Under the pieces are notes generated by a model. It worked only from the letters and a program-made list of their open reading frames with translations, ran no database searches and had not been told where the DNA came from. Both the position numbers and the translations under genes were made by a program. From NCBI GenBank assembly GCA_030295235.1, contig AP026125.1, positions 620,001 to 684,000 on the forward strand: a stretch of DNA of 64,000 bases, given 5' to 3'. Positions 1-11,658 of the stretch are shown piece after piece; the stretch's first letter is position 1; each line of letters starts with the position of its first letter. This DNA is from Fistulifera solaris (taxonomy: Eukaryota).

Positions 1-1310
1 GTTTACATCTCACAGAAATTATGTGCACGTTCAAGAAACGTTGCACCTCGTCATAATGGGTCATACAAGGATTTCCTGCTATTTCCCGAAAGTCTGGACA
101 AGGTTTATTCCAACAAACAACGCTTCTGTCTAAATTCCAGAAATTCTGGAAAACACCATCTCATCATACAGATATTCTGTGGATGGTCCGGAATTTCTGG
201 ACCAGGTGTTTTCATCTCACAGAATTTATGTGGACGTTCAAGAAACGTTGCACATTTCAAAAAACAGCGTTTCTGTCTAAATTCCAGAAATTCTGGAAAC
301 GGCCGTCTCATCATACAGAAATTCTGTGGATGGTCCAGAATTTCTGGACCAGGTGTTTTCATCTCACAGAAATTATGTGCACGTTAAAGAAACGTTGCAC
401 CTCGTTATAGTGAGTGATACAAGGATTATTCCCTGCTATTTCCCGAAAGTCTGGACACGGTATTTTTCAACAAACAGCGTTTCTGTGTAAATTCCAGATA
501 TTCTGGAAAACGCGATCTCATCATACAGAATTTCTGGACCAAGTGTTTTCATCTCACAGAAATGTGTGCACATTCAAAATACTTTGTATATTGTCGTCAT
601 GGATCATACAATGAGTCCGTATTGTTTCCAGAGAGTCTAAACACGGTATTTTTCAACATACAGCGTTTCTGTGTAAATTCCAGATATTCTGGAAACCGCG
701 ATCTCATCATACAGAAATTCTGTGTGAAGGTCCAGAAATTCTGGACCAAGTGTTTTCACCTCACAGAAATGTGTGCACATTCAAAATACTTTGTATATCG
801 TCGTCATGGATCATGCAATGAGTCCGTATTGTTTCCAGAGAGTCTAAACACGGTATTTTTCAACAAACAGCGTTTCTGTGCGAATTCCAGATATTCTGGA
901 AAACGCGATCTTTTCATACAGAAATTCTGTTTGAAGTGTTTTCATCTCACAGAAATTGTGTGCACGATCCAAATACTTTGTAAATCGTCGTCATGGATCA
1001 TACAATGAGTCCGTATTGTTGCCAGAGTGTCTAATTACGGTATTTTTCAACAAAAGCGTTTCTGTGCGAATTCCAGATATTCTGGAAAACGCGATCTCAT
1101 CATAATGAAATTCTGTTTGATGGTCCAGAAATTCTGGACCAAGTGTTTTCATATGTACTACGTACCTCGTTGTTATGGATCGTACCTGGTACAGTACCAG
1201 GTATAAGGGTTCTGTGCTAGTTTTTCAGAAAGTCTGGAGACGGTGTTTTTCAGCAAACAGCGTTCTTGTGTACATTCCAGAAATTCTGAAAACCGCGATG
1301 GACCTTTTCC
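1..1310. repeat. Degenerate tandem satellite (~185-240 bp periods built from short related subunits); runs off the window start
   Basis: Recurrent ttttcatctcacagaaat, ccagaaattctgga and tttttcaacaaacagcg motifs; caatgagtccgtattgtt recurs at ~609, ~817 and ~1003. Confidence 0.9.
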
Positions 1311-1406
1311 GTCTTGTAGGCGTGAGCCCCTCGCAAATATCGCAACATCGACATCACCATTGTTTATACTTGTCTCAGCTTGTTTTTCATATGATCAGAA
1401 AATAGC

Positions 1407-3408
1407 ATGTTCGCACCGCGGCAAATCTCTGTACGAAGACAACACTTTGCAAGTCTTCAATGGCGCTTATTCTCGTCGTTTCGCGTCTATCCGGCAGTGG
1501 AGGCGGCTTTGAAGGAAGGCCGACCCGTCGTGGCGTTGGAATCTACCATTGTAGCGCATGGCATGCCCTTTCCGCAGAATCTGGAACTCAGCCAAAAACT
1601 AGCATCCATATTACGCGCAAAAGGTGTGGAGCCGGCCACCATAGCATTGCACAAGGGAGATATCAAAATTGGCTTACATCCGGACGAATTGCACGAGCTG
1701 GCTGAATCGGGCGACGCTGTGAAATGCACGACGCGACAACTCGGACTGTTCTTAGCGAACCAAAAAGGTCCTTCCTGGGGAGCAACGACGGTAGCTTCAA
1801 CTATGTTTTTAGCGCATCAAGCAGGAATACAAACATTTGTGACGGGAGGAATCGGGGGAGTGCATCGGTACGGACAAGACACACTGGATATTTCGGCCGA
1901 TCTACTCGAGCTATCACGGACGCCTGTAGTAGTTGTATCGGCAGGCATTAAATCCATTCTCGATATTTCCAGAACTTTAGAAGTTCTGGAAACCTACTCA
2001 GTCCCTGTGGTGACATATCAGAGCGATGAATTCCCTGCCTTTTTCTCTCCTCATTCCGGTGTTGCCACTCCTGCTCGTTGTGATACTGCTGCAGAAATTG
2101 CCGCGGCTTTTTCATTCAATCAGGAGACATTTGGTTTGAGGAGTGGGATGCTAGTCGCTGTTCCCAATTCTAGTCCGGCTGGAGAAGCGGTGGAAGCGGC
2201 TATACAAAGTGCGCTGGCAGAAGCAGTCGATCAGAATATTTTTGGACCGGCTGTCACTCCTTTCATCTTGAAACGAGTAGCGCAAATGACAGCTGGCGAA
2301 AGTTTACGAAGTAATATGGCATTGGTGGAAAACAATGCTTCTGTTGGTGCCGATATAGCAATCGAGCTTGCTCAGCAGAAAGGGGGGGAAAGTAAAAGGG
2401 CCATCAATAGCTCACAAGAAACAACGATCACGAGTTGTTGTTATGGGTGGATCGGTGCTGGACTACATAGCGAAGCCCACCAATGATCTCATCATCGGAA
2501 CGTCGAATGCTACGCTTACTACGGAATCGGATGGAGGGGTGGCGCGAAATATTGCAGAAACCTTGGGGCGCTTGGGGTCGCGACCGACTCTCTACACGGC
2601 TGTTGGTGCTGATGCAAGAGGCAGTGCAATGCTTTCTCGTCTCAGAGAGAATAACTGCGAGGTTGTTGTTTCTCCAGCGAAGGCAGACGATCGAACACCG
2701 ACTTATCTTGCTGTTCTCAATCGCGATGGGGATTTGCACGTTGCTTGTGCCGATATGGACGCTATGAAAAGAATTGAGCCTCTGGATCAATCAGCAATGG
2801 AGGGAGTCGAGATTTTGATATTAGACTCAAACCCGCCATTGAATGTACTACAAAGGACTGCACGACTGGCATTTGAGTCGGGGGTAAAGGTGCTTTGGGA
2901 ACCGACGAGCGTCCCCAAGGCCAGCATTCTATCTCAGGAAGATAAGTTTATATCTTGCCTATCGTATGCTACACCCAATTTAGACGAGCTTCTTGCAATG
3001 GATACAGGTGATGCAAATCCGGAAAAAAGTAGAGTTTGTGAGGCGTTTTCAAAGAAACTTACGTCGAAAGAAGTACTTCCACTTTTGTCGGAAATAATGT
3101 TTCGTGTTGTGAACCGGATGGATATTGGGGCATGTCTGCTTGTAACACTCGGCAGAAATGGTATTGCAATGGTTGAACGGTCGAGACACGGCAGAAATCC
3201 CGAATTCTCTCATTTCTTGGCTGATAATATAGTAGTGGCCAACGCCACAGGCGCTGGTGATTCGTTGACAGGTGCCTTTGTTCATGCAATCCTTCTTGGG
3301 AAGACACCAGAAGAAGCTGTCAGGTTTGGAGTCCAAGCTGCTAGACTGAGTTTGGAATGTTCAGGCGCTGCTGTGTCTCCGGAAGTCAGCCAGCTAATCA
3401 TTCGGTGA
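1407..3408 (+). CDS. Bifunctional pseudouridine-5'-phosphate glycosidase (PsuG/IndA) + PfkB-family pseudouridine kinase; one frameshift near 2385
   Basis: VALESTIVAHGMPFPQN, TFVTGGIGGVHR, DISADLLEL and GIKSILDI motifs; the second ORF carries PfkB motifs GGVARNIA and ATGAGDS; frames overlap at the G7 run. Confidence 0.9.
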
Positions 3409-3771
3409 TTCTGTCGATTGCATGTACTGCATAGTCTCTGAAATTGTTCGTAACAAGTAGGTGGCAGTGTTTGATGTGCTTAGTAATTTGACATGGCATT
3501 TTGCAGCAAACTGGATTTTAAAAGCTTTAGGAGCTTCAGTCTCGTTTCCAGGATCAATCCCGAATAATCATCCCGGGCCGGTCTTGTGTCTTGTGAAGGC
3601 GCAAATTCTTATGCCAGTGACCGATGACCGTGACATCATTATTTGTCTGTACGAGCAAGAGTACAAAGTACATAGTATGACGTATGAAGTAGTGTTAGGC
3701 TTGGAAATGGACTTATGCGCAAATGAGGTGCGCGCTAGGAAGCAACCATACAAATAAGTAAGGGATACTGA

Positions 3772-4794
3772 GTGAGAGATAGTGGACTTGATATTATTTT
3801 CTGCCTCGTCCGTTCTAAACGAAAATGTATGACTAACCGACGAAAATCTAAGCCCTCACGTTTTGTAAACCAGTTGGCGCACCTCAACGAACGGCAACGT
3901 TCAATCGATTGCCCACGACAATTCAACGCATTCTCACATTATTTTGCAAGAGACGGGCTGAACGGCAACAACGCAATGAACGATACTTATTCGTCGAATG
4001 TGAGTGATAGGGAGAGAAATGGCATGCATTCTGTCACAATGAGACAACACGACGGTGTCATGAAGTCTAACAACAAACACGCGATCGGCCTCATCGATGA
4101 TCGCACAAGTTCCGATGAATCATCGGACGCCTCAAGTTCATGTGAATTGGTTGAGTCCAGGAATGATGGCCCCGTTAAAGCTAGTTTCGTCCATACGTAC
4201 AGGAAGCCCTGCATGCCTAGCCGCACGTCGTACGTCGCTATGGATTGCGAGATGGTCTCCACCACTTGTGGGTTGGAGGTTGCTCGCGTTGTTCTCGTCG
4301 ACTGGAAAGGACGTACGGTCTTGGACACCTTTGTGAAGCCAACATATCCTGTTACAGACTATTTGACCTTTATCTCTGGGATCGTGGAAGCTGACCTCAA
4401 AGAAGCCCCTGGCTTTGCGGACGTTCGAAACGATGTAAGAAACGCCATTTATGGCAAAATATTGGTGGGACACGGCTTAGAAAATGACCTAGCGGCTTTA
4501 CAGCTGCAGCATCCGTGGTGGTTGACTCGAGATACCGCGTACTACCAGCCATTTATGCAACGGCGCGAATGCAACGGTGAGGCCATCTACGTTCCTCGCA
4601 GGCTAAAAGATTTGTGCAAAGAAAAATTGAACAAAGATATTCAGCATGTAGGAAAAGCTCATTGTCCTGCGGAAGATGCTCAATCTGCCTTGGATTTATA
4701 TAAAACACATCGCCCGAGATGGGAAAGGTGTGTCACCGTCACGATTCGGAATCAGCGGAGATTTGCACGTCAACAAGATCCTTATTCTTATTGA
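3772..4794 (+). CDS. DEDDh RNA exonuclease (REX4-like); true start probably downstream
   Basis: YVAMDCEMV, ILVGHGLENDL and HCPAEDA ExoI-III motifs. Confidence 0.88.
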   Translation: MRDSGLDIIFCLVRSKRKCMTNRRKSKPSRFVNQLAHLNERQRSIDCPRQFNAFSHYFARDGLNGNNAMNDTYSSNVSDRERNGMHSVTMRQHDGVMKSNNKHAIGLIDDRTSSDESSDASSSCELVESRNDGPVKASFVHTYRKPCMPSRTSYVAMDCEMVSTTCGLEVARVVLVDWKGRTVLDTFVKPTYPVTDYLTFISGIVEADLKEAPGFADVRNDVRNAIYGKILVGHGLENDLAALQLQHPWWLTRDTAYYQPFMQRRECNGEAIYVPRRLKDLCKEKLNKDIQHVGKAHCPAEDAQSALDLYKTHRPRWERCVTVTIRNQRRFARQQDPYSY

Positions 4795-4966
4795 AAGTAG
4801 CTCCGCTGAAAAGCTAACATATATATTACACGTTAACTAAATTTTTACTTTTGTAGACAAGCTTTTTTACAGCACAGTGGCATACGTTTCTTAATCACAG
4901 TGTCTAATTGTTATCACTATTCAAAAGGAAAGACCCAGCAAAATTTATCATCAGGAAAATCGGAAT

Positions 4967-5680
4967 CTACTTTCCATCCATCTCTCTTGCCAATTCGTTC
5001 GGCTCAATATCTGATAACGAGCAGTTGAAGAGTTTTTGCAGGTTCGACCATCTAGATGGTGAAGCACCGTCAGCGTTCTGCTCCACTAACGGTCCCCCAA
5101 ATTCAACCTTCCAAACATCGCAGTTCCCAAACTTGAAATCCAGATGCAGCAGCGCTTTGAAAAACTGGGAATGTCCTACTAGAACAATCTTGGATTCGGA
5201 TTGTTGTTCTAACCATGTTTCAAAGTCACGTAATCTTTGTACAAACGATGAATAGCGGATAGTCCATTCCGCTGGTGTTTTCTCTAATAATAAGTCAAGT
5301 TCGAGCACTCTTTGTACGGGCGCGACCTTCGAATCCGGTGCGGCACAGCCCAACATTCCCAGGGAGGTTTCCTTGGCGCGCAAGAGGGGAGAATGTACAA
5401 CCATTTCGATTTGTTCGGTTTCCAAAAAGTTAGCAGCCTTTAACGCCTCCGCCATTTCGTTGATTTGTGATTTGCCGACCGGAGACACGTTCGAATCGAT
5501 CTGTGCGGGAATGTTGATGAGTTCCATGCCCGCATAGATATCTGACGATTTGGGTAAGGTCAACTTAAACAAGTCTTTGATCGCGGTTTTGGCGGAGGCG
5601 AGTCGGCGATTTTCTTCGGATTGGGCGTGACGGATCAAATAGATCGTCTTGGTTTGTTGTTGCGTTATAGAAGAAGTCAT
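4967..5680 (-). CDS. Histidine phosphatase / phosphoglycerate mutase family protein
   Basis: IYLIRHAQSEEN, SPLLRAKET and VLVGHS. Confidence 0.85.
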   Translation of the reverse strand: MTSSITQQQTKTIYLIRHAQSEENRRLASAKTAIKDLFKLTLPKSSDIYAGMELINIPAQIDSNVSPVGKSQINEMAEALKAANFLETEQIEMVVHSPLLRAKETSLGMLGCAAPDSKVAPVQRVLELDLLLEKTPAEWTIRYSSFVQRLRDFETWLEQQSESKIVLVGHSQFFKALLHLDFKFGNCDVWKVEFGGPLVEQNADGASPSRWSNLQKLFNCSLSDIEPNELAREMDGK

Positions 5681-6071
5681 AGTCGAGAGAGGTATTATTT
5701 GATACGGAGTAATAAAGATAACAAACGATTATGTCTCATGTAACTTTACGTCGATTGACTTTTGCGCTTTCCGCCTTTCGCGAGATGGGAAAAAATGCCC
5801 GCAGAAAAAGTCGCGACGTCGCGACCAATGACAAGTGACGTATGATTCATGACTGCACATGTTCCGAAACACACGTCAAGTTCTTCAACGGCTGCTGGCG
5901 TGCGCGGCGTGCGTGGACGGACGACGGCCGTTCGTTTCACGAAACTGCAAAATTTTTTTTGCCCTCCATTGGAACAATCGAATTTCGACGTCAAGGAACA
6001 CGATGTAGATTGTGGCATCATTCAATAATTCACTCATGTAAAACTCTCACGCAACCGTTTGTTTTCACGTC

Positions 6072-7578
6072 ATGGATAGATCACCTGGAGCTTCTACGAC
6101 ATTAGAAAGCGTTAGCTCGTCGCACACGAGTTCACGTGTACCTGTTATGTATAGTGCAATAGGATCGTTAGAAGATCCTGCATCACGGTCTCTTCCGAAA
6201 CAAAGAAATCATGCAAATAAAAATGATTCTTCGTTTCAGCTCCCTTCCGATGTCATGCTGCCGCCTCCTAATTTAATATATCAGCACTCCTTGAAAGAAG
6301 GAGATTCATTGCAGCAGATCAGCGAACAACAGCCTCTGGTGGGTGTGCTCACCACCAGTGCCAAACAATCCAGTTTGTCGGCGAAAATGACAGCTCTGGA
6401 AAATGAATCGCTGACTCGCCGAGCGCTTCATGAGGATCCAAATCGATCATTGAACGGAGGAGGTGATTCCATTTCCACCATCGATACAACGTCACAAAAC
6501 GGTGTTCTCCGTTCCAGCTTGCGGCCCAATTCTCGGAAGGAAGATACCGAACAGTGGAACCGGAAGAAAGTTACCATTGCCGACGGTCCTTCGGCCGCAA
6601 AAAAGAAAAAGAAACAACGACCCGTGGAGATGTTTCGACCTTCGTCTGATGCTTACACGCCCCGGATGGGAAAGAAAGATTTAAAATACAAACCGGCGGA
6701 GATGCGGACGCCGGTACAGAAAATAGCATCGCCCATGGGCACATTAAGCCGGCCTAATTTTCGTGATGCGCTACGAAGAGTGGCTATGATCATTCATCAA
6801 CATATTGTTAAGATTGAGCGACGCTTTGAACAGAAACAAGAGAGCCATCGAAACCATCCGCGAGACGATAGTCTTTTTCTGACATCCATGCGTGATGCGT
6901 TTTCCGAAGATTGCTTCATATCTCCTAAGTACAAGTTGACTATGGTTCGCGTCCCTATGGCAATACCGAGTACTGTCTTTGGATTGAAGCGCATTCGTCC
7001 ACGATACGAGATTCCCTCGGAGAAGGAAATATTTGATTTTGCTCACCAGTTGTTTGATTCGGTTCATCTTTCTTCTGAATGTTCGATTGTTTGTCTCATT
7101 TATATGGAACGATTGATGGAACATGCCAAGGTGCCATTGTTGGCGTGCTCGTGGCGGCCCATATTCATGTGCGGATTGTTACTGGCGTCAAAAGTGTGGC
7201 AGGATCTTAGTTCGTGGAATATTGAGTTTGCGAGCGTGTATCCCCAATATCCGCTCGATGCGATCAATCGGTTGGAGGTGAGTCGGGTTGTTGATGCTCT
7301 CGAGTGTGTTTGATTCCTTGGCGAATCACTCAACATGGACTGCTTTCCAGCTCCAGTTCCTTCGAATGGTCAAGTGGGATCTGTACATTTCTAGCAGCTT
7401 GTACGCGAAGTACTATTTTGCCCTGCGATCTGTCGTGGAAAAGCCCGGTTTTCGTAATCGATATAACCGCATGGTGGCTGGAGTAGACAATGTGCAAGCT
7501 TCGGAAGCTCGTAAAATTGAAGAAAGAAGTACACAGGTGAAAGAAGAGGCACTTTTGCAGTTGAGTCGATCCATGTAA
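6072..7578 (+). CDS. Cyclin Y-like cyclin; intron 7278-7350
   Basis: ECSIVCLIYMERL, WRPIFMCGLLLASKVWQD and NRLE|LQFL joined across a GT-AG intron. Confidence 0.88.
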
Positions 7579-8031
7579 TTGTTAAAAATAGAAAATATTT
7601 TTCTTACAATGAATTTAACACATGCCAAGTGGTTAGTCACGCGGTAAAGAGACTTTCCTTATCCTTAGCAACGTTGTCCTATTCCTATCCTTAGTTGTTT
7701 ATCTTCTATCCGGTTGTCTGTCGTCAACCGTAGATGGCGTCAGATTGTCTGCGTTGTCCGTTGACCGATGCGAAAATACCGAGTGTTCTGCAGAACAATA
7801 GAAAGTCGGAGGAAAGCAGAAACTCTTTCGCCAGATACTATATAACTGATACTAAACTCTAAAATATTCAGAAATAGAAGATCCAGTTTCTGACACTCTA
7901 CTTGAATACGCCTCAGCAAGCAAAATGCCCAACTGCAAAACCCATGAACCGAACTTTTACACACAACAGCAACAACAACAAACAATACCCTCTATTTCAT
8001 TGTTAGAAGTAACAAGCATTTAAAAGAAACA

Positions 8032-9659
8032 ATGGTGCTTCAAGAATTCCCCGCCTGTTCAGACCCTTCGTGCGACGTGGATGAATCAGAGAAACAGAAT
8101 TATGCTTCCAAGCCTAGCTGCGAGCTGACAGAAAAGTGTGTGAATGCTTGCGCCGTCTACGGCCGCGTTTGCCCTTGTGCGGCGCGGATTGCATCTCATG
8201 CCGCATGTGATGCCATGCAGAAATTAATCGATGGGAGCCATTTCTTTCCTAAGGAAAAACCAAGTTTTCCTTATTTGAACGCTGATGATGTTGTGATAAA
8301 AGAGAAGCTCGGAGAAGGCGGATATAGCGTAGTTCACAGCTGCGTTGTGACTGCCGGGGAAGAAGCAGGCCAAGAGTTTGCAATCAAGTATCTGAAGCGT
8401 AAAGCTATGGTTGATCTTCATCAGTTCAAACACGGAGCTGCTGACATTGCTGTCGAGGCGTTGTAAGTGTGCGATTGCTTTCCATTCTGACCTTCGCCGT
8501 TCTATGTCGGTCACACTGACACCTTTTTCCGCTTTACTATCCATCAGTTTCTTGCACAATTTGAATCACCCGCATATTGTTAAACTACACGGAGTAACAG
8601 CAGGATCTATTGAAACGAATGTTGCCACGGGCAAAGAATGCGGATTTTTCATCGTCGTGGATAGGCTTGTTGAGACTCTGGAACATCGCATCGAAGTTTG
8701 GCATAAAGAAAAGGAAGAAAACCAGAAAGATGGTTTCATGACCCGAATTTCACATGAGCGTCGAATGTTGAAGCGTACGGAACTGATGCAGAAAATCCGA
8801 ATAGCTTATGAAATCGCTGACGCGATGGAGTATCTCCATGCTGCAAATATCATTTATCGCGACTTGAAGCCGGGTACGTAATTGTTTGTTGATTGTCGCT
8901 GCGCATAACTACTGGGTTCTTACGCAAGTCTTTGATGCGAAAGATAATCTTGGATTTGACCAAGATGGAGTTTTGAAAGCTTTTGACTTTGGACTAGCAA
9001 AAGAACTACGGCCCGAAGATGTCAAGGAAGATGGGCGCTACGAATTAACCGGAAATACGGGTAGTAGACGATACATGGCCCCCGAAGTTGCGAAAGAATG
9101 TCGTTACGATAAATCGGTGGATGTATATTCGTTCGGAATTCTTCTCTGGGAGCTTTGTTCCACGGAAAAGCCGTTTTATGGATATTCGAGCAACAAGCAC
9201 ATGCAAAAAGTAGTTCTTGGAGGTGAACGACCCAAGATGGACGGCCAGCACACATCCGAGTGGCCGACGAATTTGAAATGGTTGATGAGTCGTTGCTGGT
9301 CCGCCTTTCCGGCCGCTCGACCCAGTTTTACTGACATAAAAGATGTATTGAGGGACATTCTTCATGAGAAGGATGCTATTCCTCCCAACTTGGCGATTCT
9401 CGACGAGGCAGAGCACTCCGAGGAACTCGTTGAAGAGCCAATAAAAGAGGGAGGTGGATTATTTGGCGGTCTTTTCCGCTCCCCACGCCTTCGAGGAAAG
9501 AGTGAAGGCAAACATGAGTCCGATATCCGGCCTTCTTTTCAAACATATCGCCTGTGGAAACAAAAAGCAGTAGGTCTAAGTCGTGGGGCTTCGTCCATAG
9601 AAGATAATTGGGTTAAAGAAGAAAAGTTATTTTGTTGTCGTAGCTTCTTGCTTTCCTAG
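8032..9659 (+). CDS. TKL-like Ser/Thr protein kinase; introns 8463-8547 and 8874-8943
   Basis: LGEGGYSVV, FAIK, YRDLKP(D)N, DFGLA, YMAPE and DVYSFG; the C-terminus may be frameshifted. Confidence 0.9.
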
Positions 9660-10131
9660 TACACGTGATAGGATATAATTGAGTCGGAAGAGAATCATGC
9701 GTACCTGGTATACCGTATCTCATAGTTTGCACCGGTTGGATATTACCAAGCGCCTGCTGAACGTACCTTAGTCCGGCAAAAGCATCAAGAGCAAAACCAT
9801 CAATGAAATCTCACTGTGCAATTGCGTGGTTTGAAACATGCATGGACTTGATAAGGCAGCAAACGGGACTGAATTTGATAGTTTGAATCGGGCTAAATTA
9901 ACACTTTAGGTGATAGTGGGCGCGATACCACGTCACCACGATACGACAGGCGCAAAACCGATAACCGATAACCGATAACCGATCGAGATGGTGTGAGATA
10001 AAGACGATGAACGTCATGCGATTGCCGCATGCATCCATGAATCTCCGAGAACTCTTTACGTTTCTATTGCACATAGTAAAGACCGAGATGGCTTTCGAAC
10101 ATCACGGTAATCATTAACGTTCTGTTCCATC

Positions 10132-11238
10132 ATGATCTTTTCTTCGCTCATTGGCTTGCTGCTTCTTTTACCACAAAGTTTTGCTTTTGTTCCAAATTCC
10201 GTCGGACGTACTTTTCTTTCTCCAACCATCACATCCCTTGCCATGTCGGAGGAACGCTACACCATTGCCGATCAGCCGGCTCGCTTTGCCCGCGCGAAAC
10301 GCGAAAACAACCAACGTTACCTGGATATTACGACCGTCTATGATCCGTCTCTCCTCCAAGGCAAACGGGTTGCCGTCACCGGAGCGAACCGAGGGATCGG
10401 ATTGGCGTTGGCCAAGGAGTTGGCGGCGGCCGGTGCGAAAGTAATCGGGATTGTCCGATCATCGTCTCCCGAACTCGATGCTTTGAATCCGGAAGAAGTC
10501 GTTACCGGAATTGATGTCACCGACGATGCCAAGTGTGCGGCACTAAGCAGTCAAATCAAAGGCGGTGCCATTGATGTGGTAAGTGTCATGCCTGCCGAGT
10601 CTTGAAAGTGTTTTTCGACTACAGTTTCTGACGACATGATCATTTTGCCTTTTGGTTGCTATTAGTTAATCAATAACGCAGGTTATTTCAAAGAAGAGGT
10701 GGAACGATTGGACACTCTTGACTTTCCGGATCAGCTCAAGACCATTGATATCTGCGCTTGTGGTCCTCTTCGTGTAGCGTCTTCTCTCATCAATGGAGGT
10801 CTCTTGAAGGAGGGATCCAAAATTGTCATGATCACGTCCCAAGGAGGTTCGGTCGGGTGGCGAGAGGTACAATGCCCCACGGGCGGCGATTACGGTCACC
10901 ATGTAAGTCGTATCATGCAGATTATCGCGTAGGTGTCGACGCGATTCACCGGTCTTTCTCACAGTCTTTCTTTCTGTCAGATGTCGAAAGCTGCCGCCAA
11001 CATGATGTCGGTTCTTTTGGCCAATGAAGTGAGGAGCAAGGGCATCGCCGTTGGTGTTTTCCATCCTGGTTTTAACAAGACCGAAATGACGGCGAAATAC
11101 AAGGAAATCTGGGAGATCGAAGGAGCTGTGGATCCGTCCGTGGGCGCCAAACGAGTGCTTCACGAAACGAACCAGCTCTCGATGGAGACGTCGGGCAAGT
11201 TCATCAACTGTGAAGATGGACTCGAAATTCCTTGGTAA
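10132..11238 (+). CDS. Short-chain dehydrogenase/reductase (CsgA-like), probably plastid-targeted; introns 10579-10664 and 10903-10980
   Basis: VTGANRGIG, LINNAG and YGHH|MSKAA (degenerate YxxxK region), HPG; N-terminal signal ending SFA-FVP. Confidence 0.87.
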
Positions 11239-11658
11239 TTGTTTTGTACCGTTAGCGAATCCATAGCATATCTCTCAGCTTACTACACTAGTTTTCTTAG
11301 AGTCCTTATGGACTATGATAGTCTAGTCTAGTTTTATCATTTCAATCGATGAGATCTCTAGAAGATGATGCGGTGATGTCAGAGAATAGAGTGAACCACT
11401 CGTGAATTGGTTCCTCAATCATGAGTCAGTTGCAGTGACGGCTTGACGTTTGTACACTTTTGCTGTAGATTCTGCTCTGGAACGACACGCGTTGTTGCAT
11501 TTTTGATTTTCGAGATCTGACTCGAAAACAAAACGACCATCTGGCTCAATCGAATTCGACTTCATTCACCCCGTTCTCTCTTTTCGACTTGATATTTCAT
11601 TAAGCAACACAATCGGATCGTAAAGTAACACAAATGTGCTGCAGGTGAAGCTAGAAGT

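Noticed and set aside
105..1008. ORFs within the satellites (also 58460-59123)
   Set aside because: Repetitive translations open on several frames or strands; by-products of the repeats
2368..2486. Programmed frameshift or operon-like PsuG/PsuK pair
   Set aside because: The fusion is already known in eukaryotes, and the break lies at a G-run like many other apparent errors here
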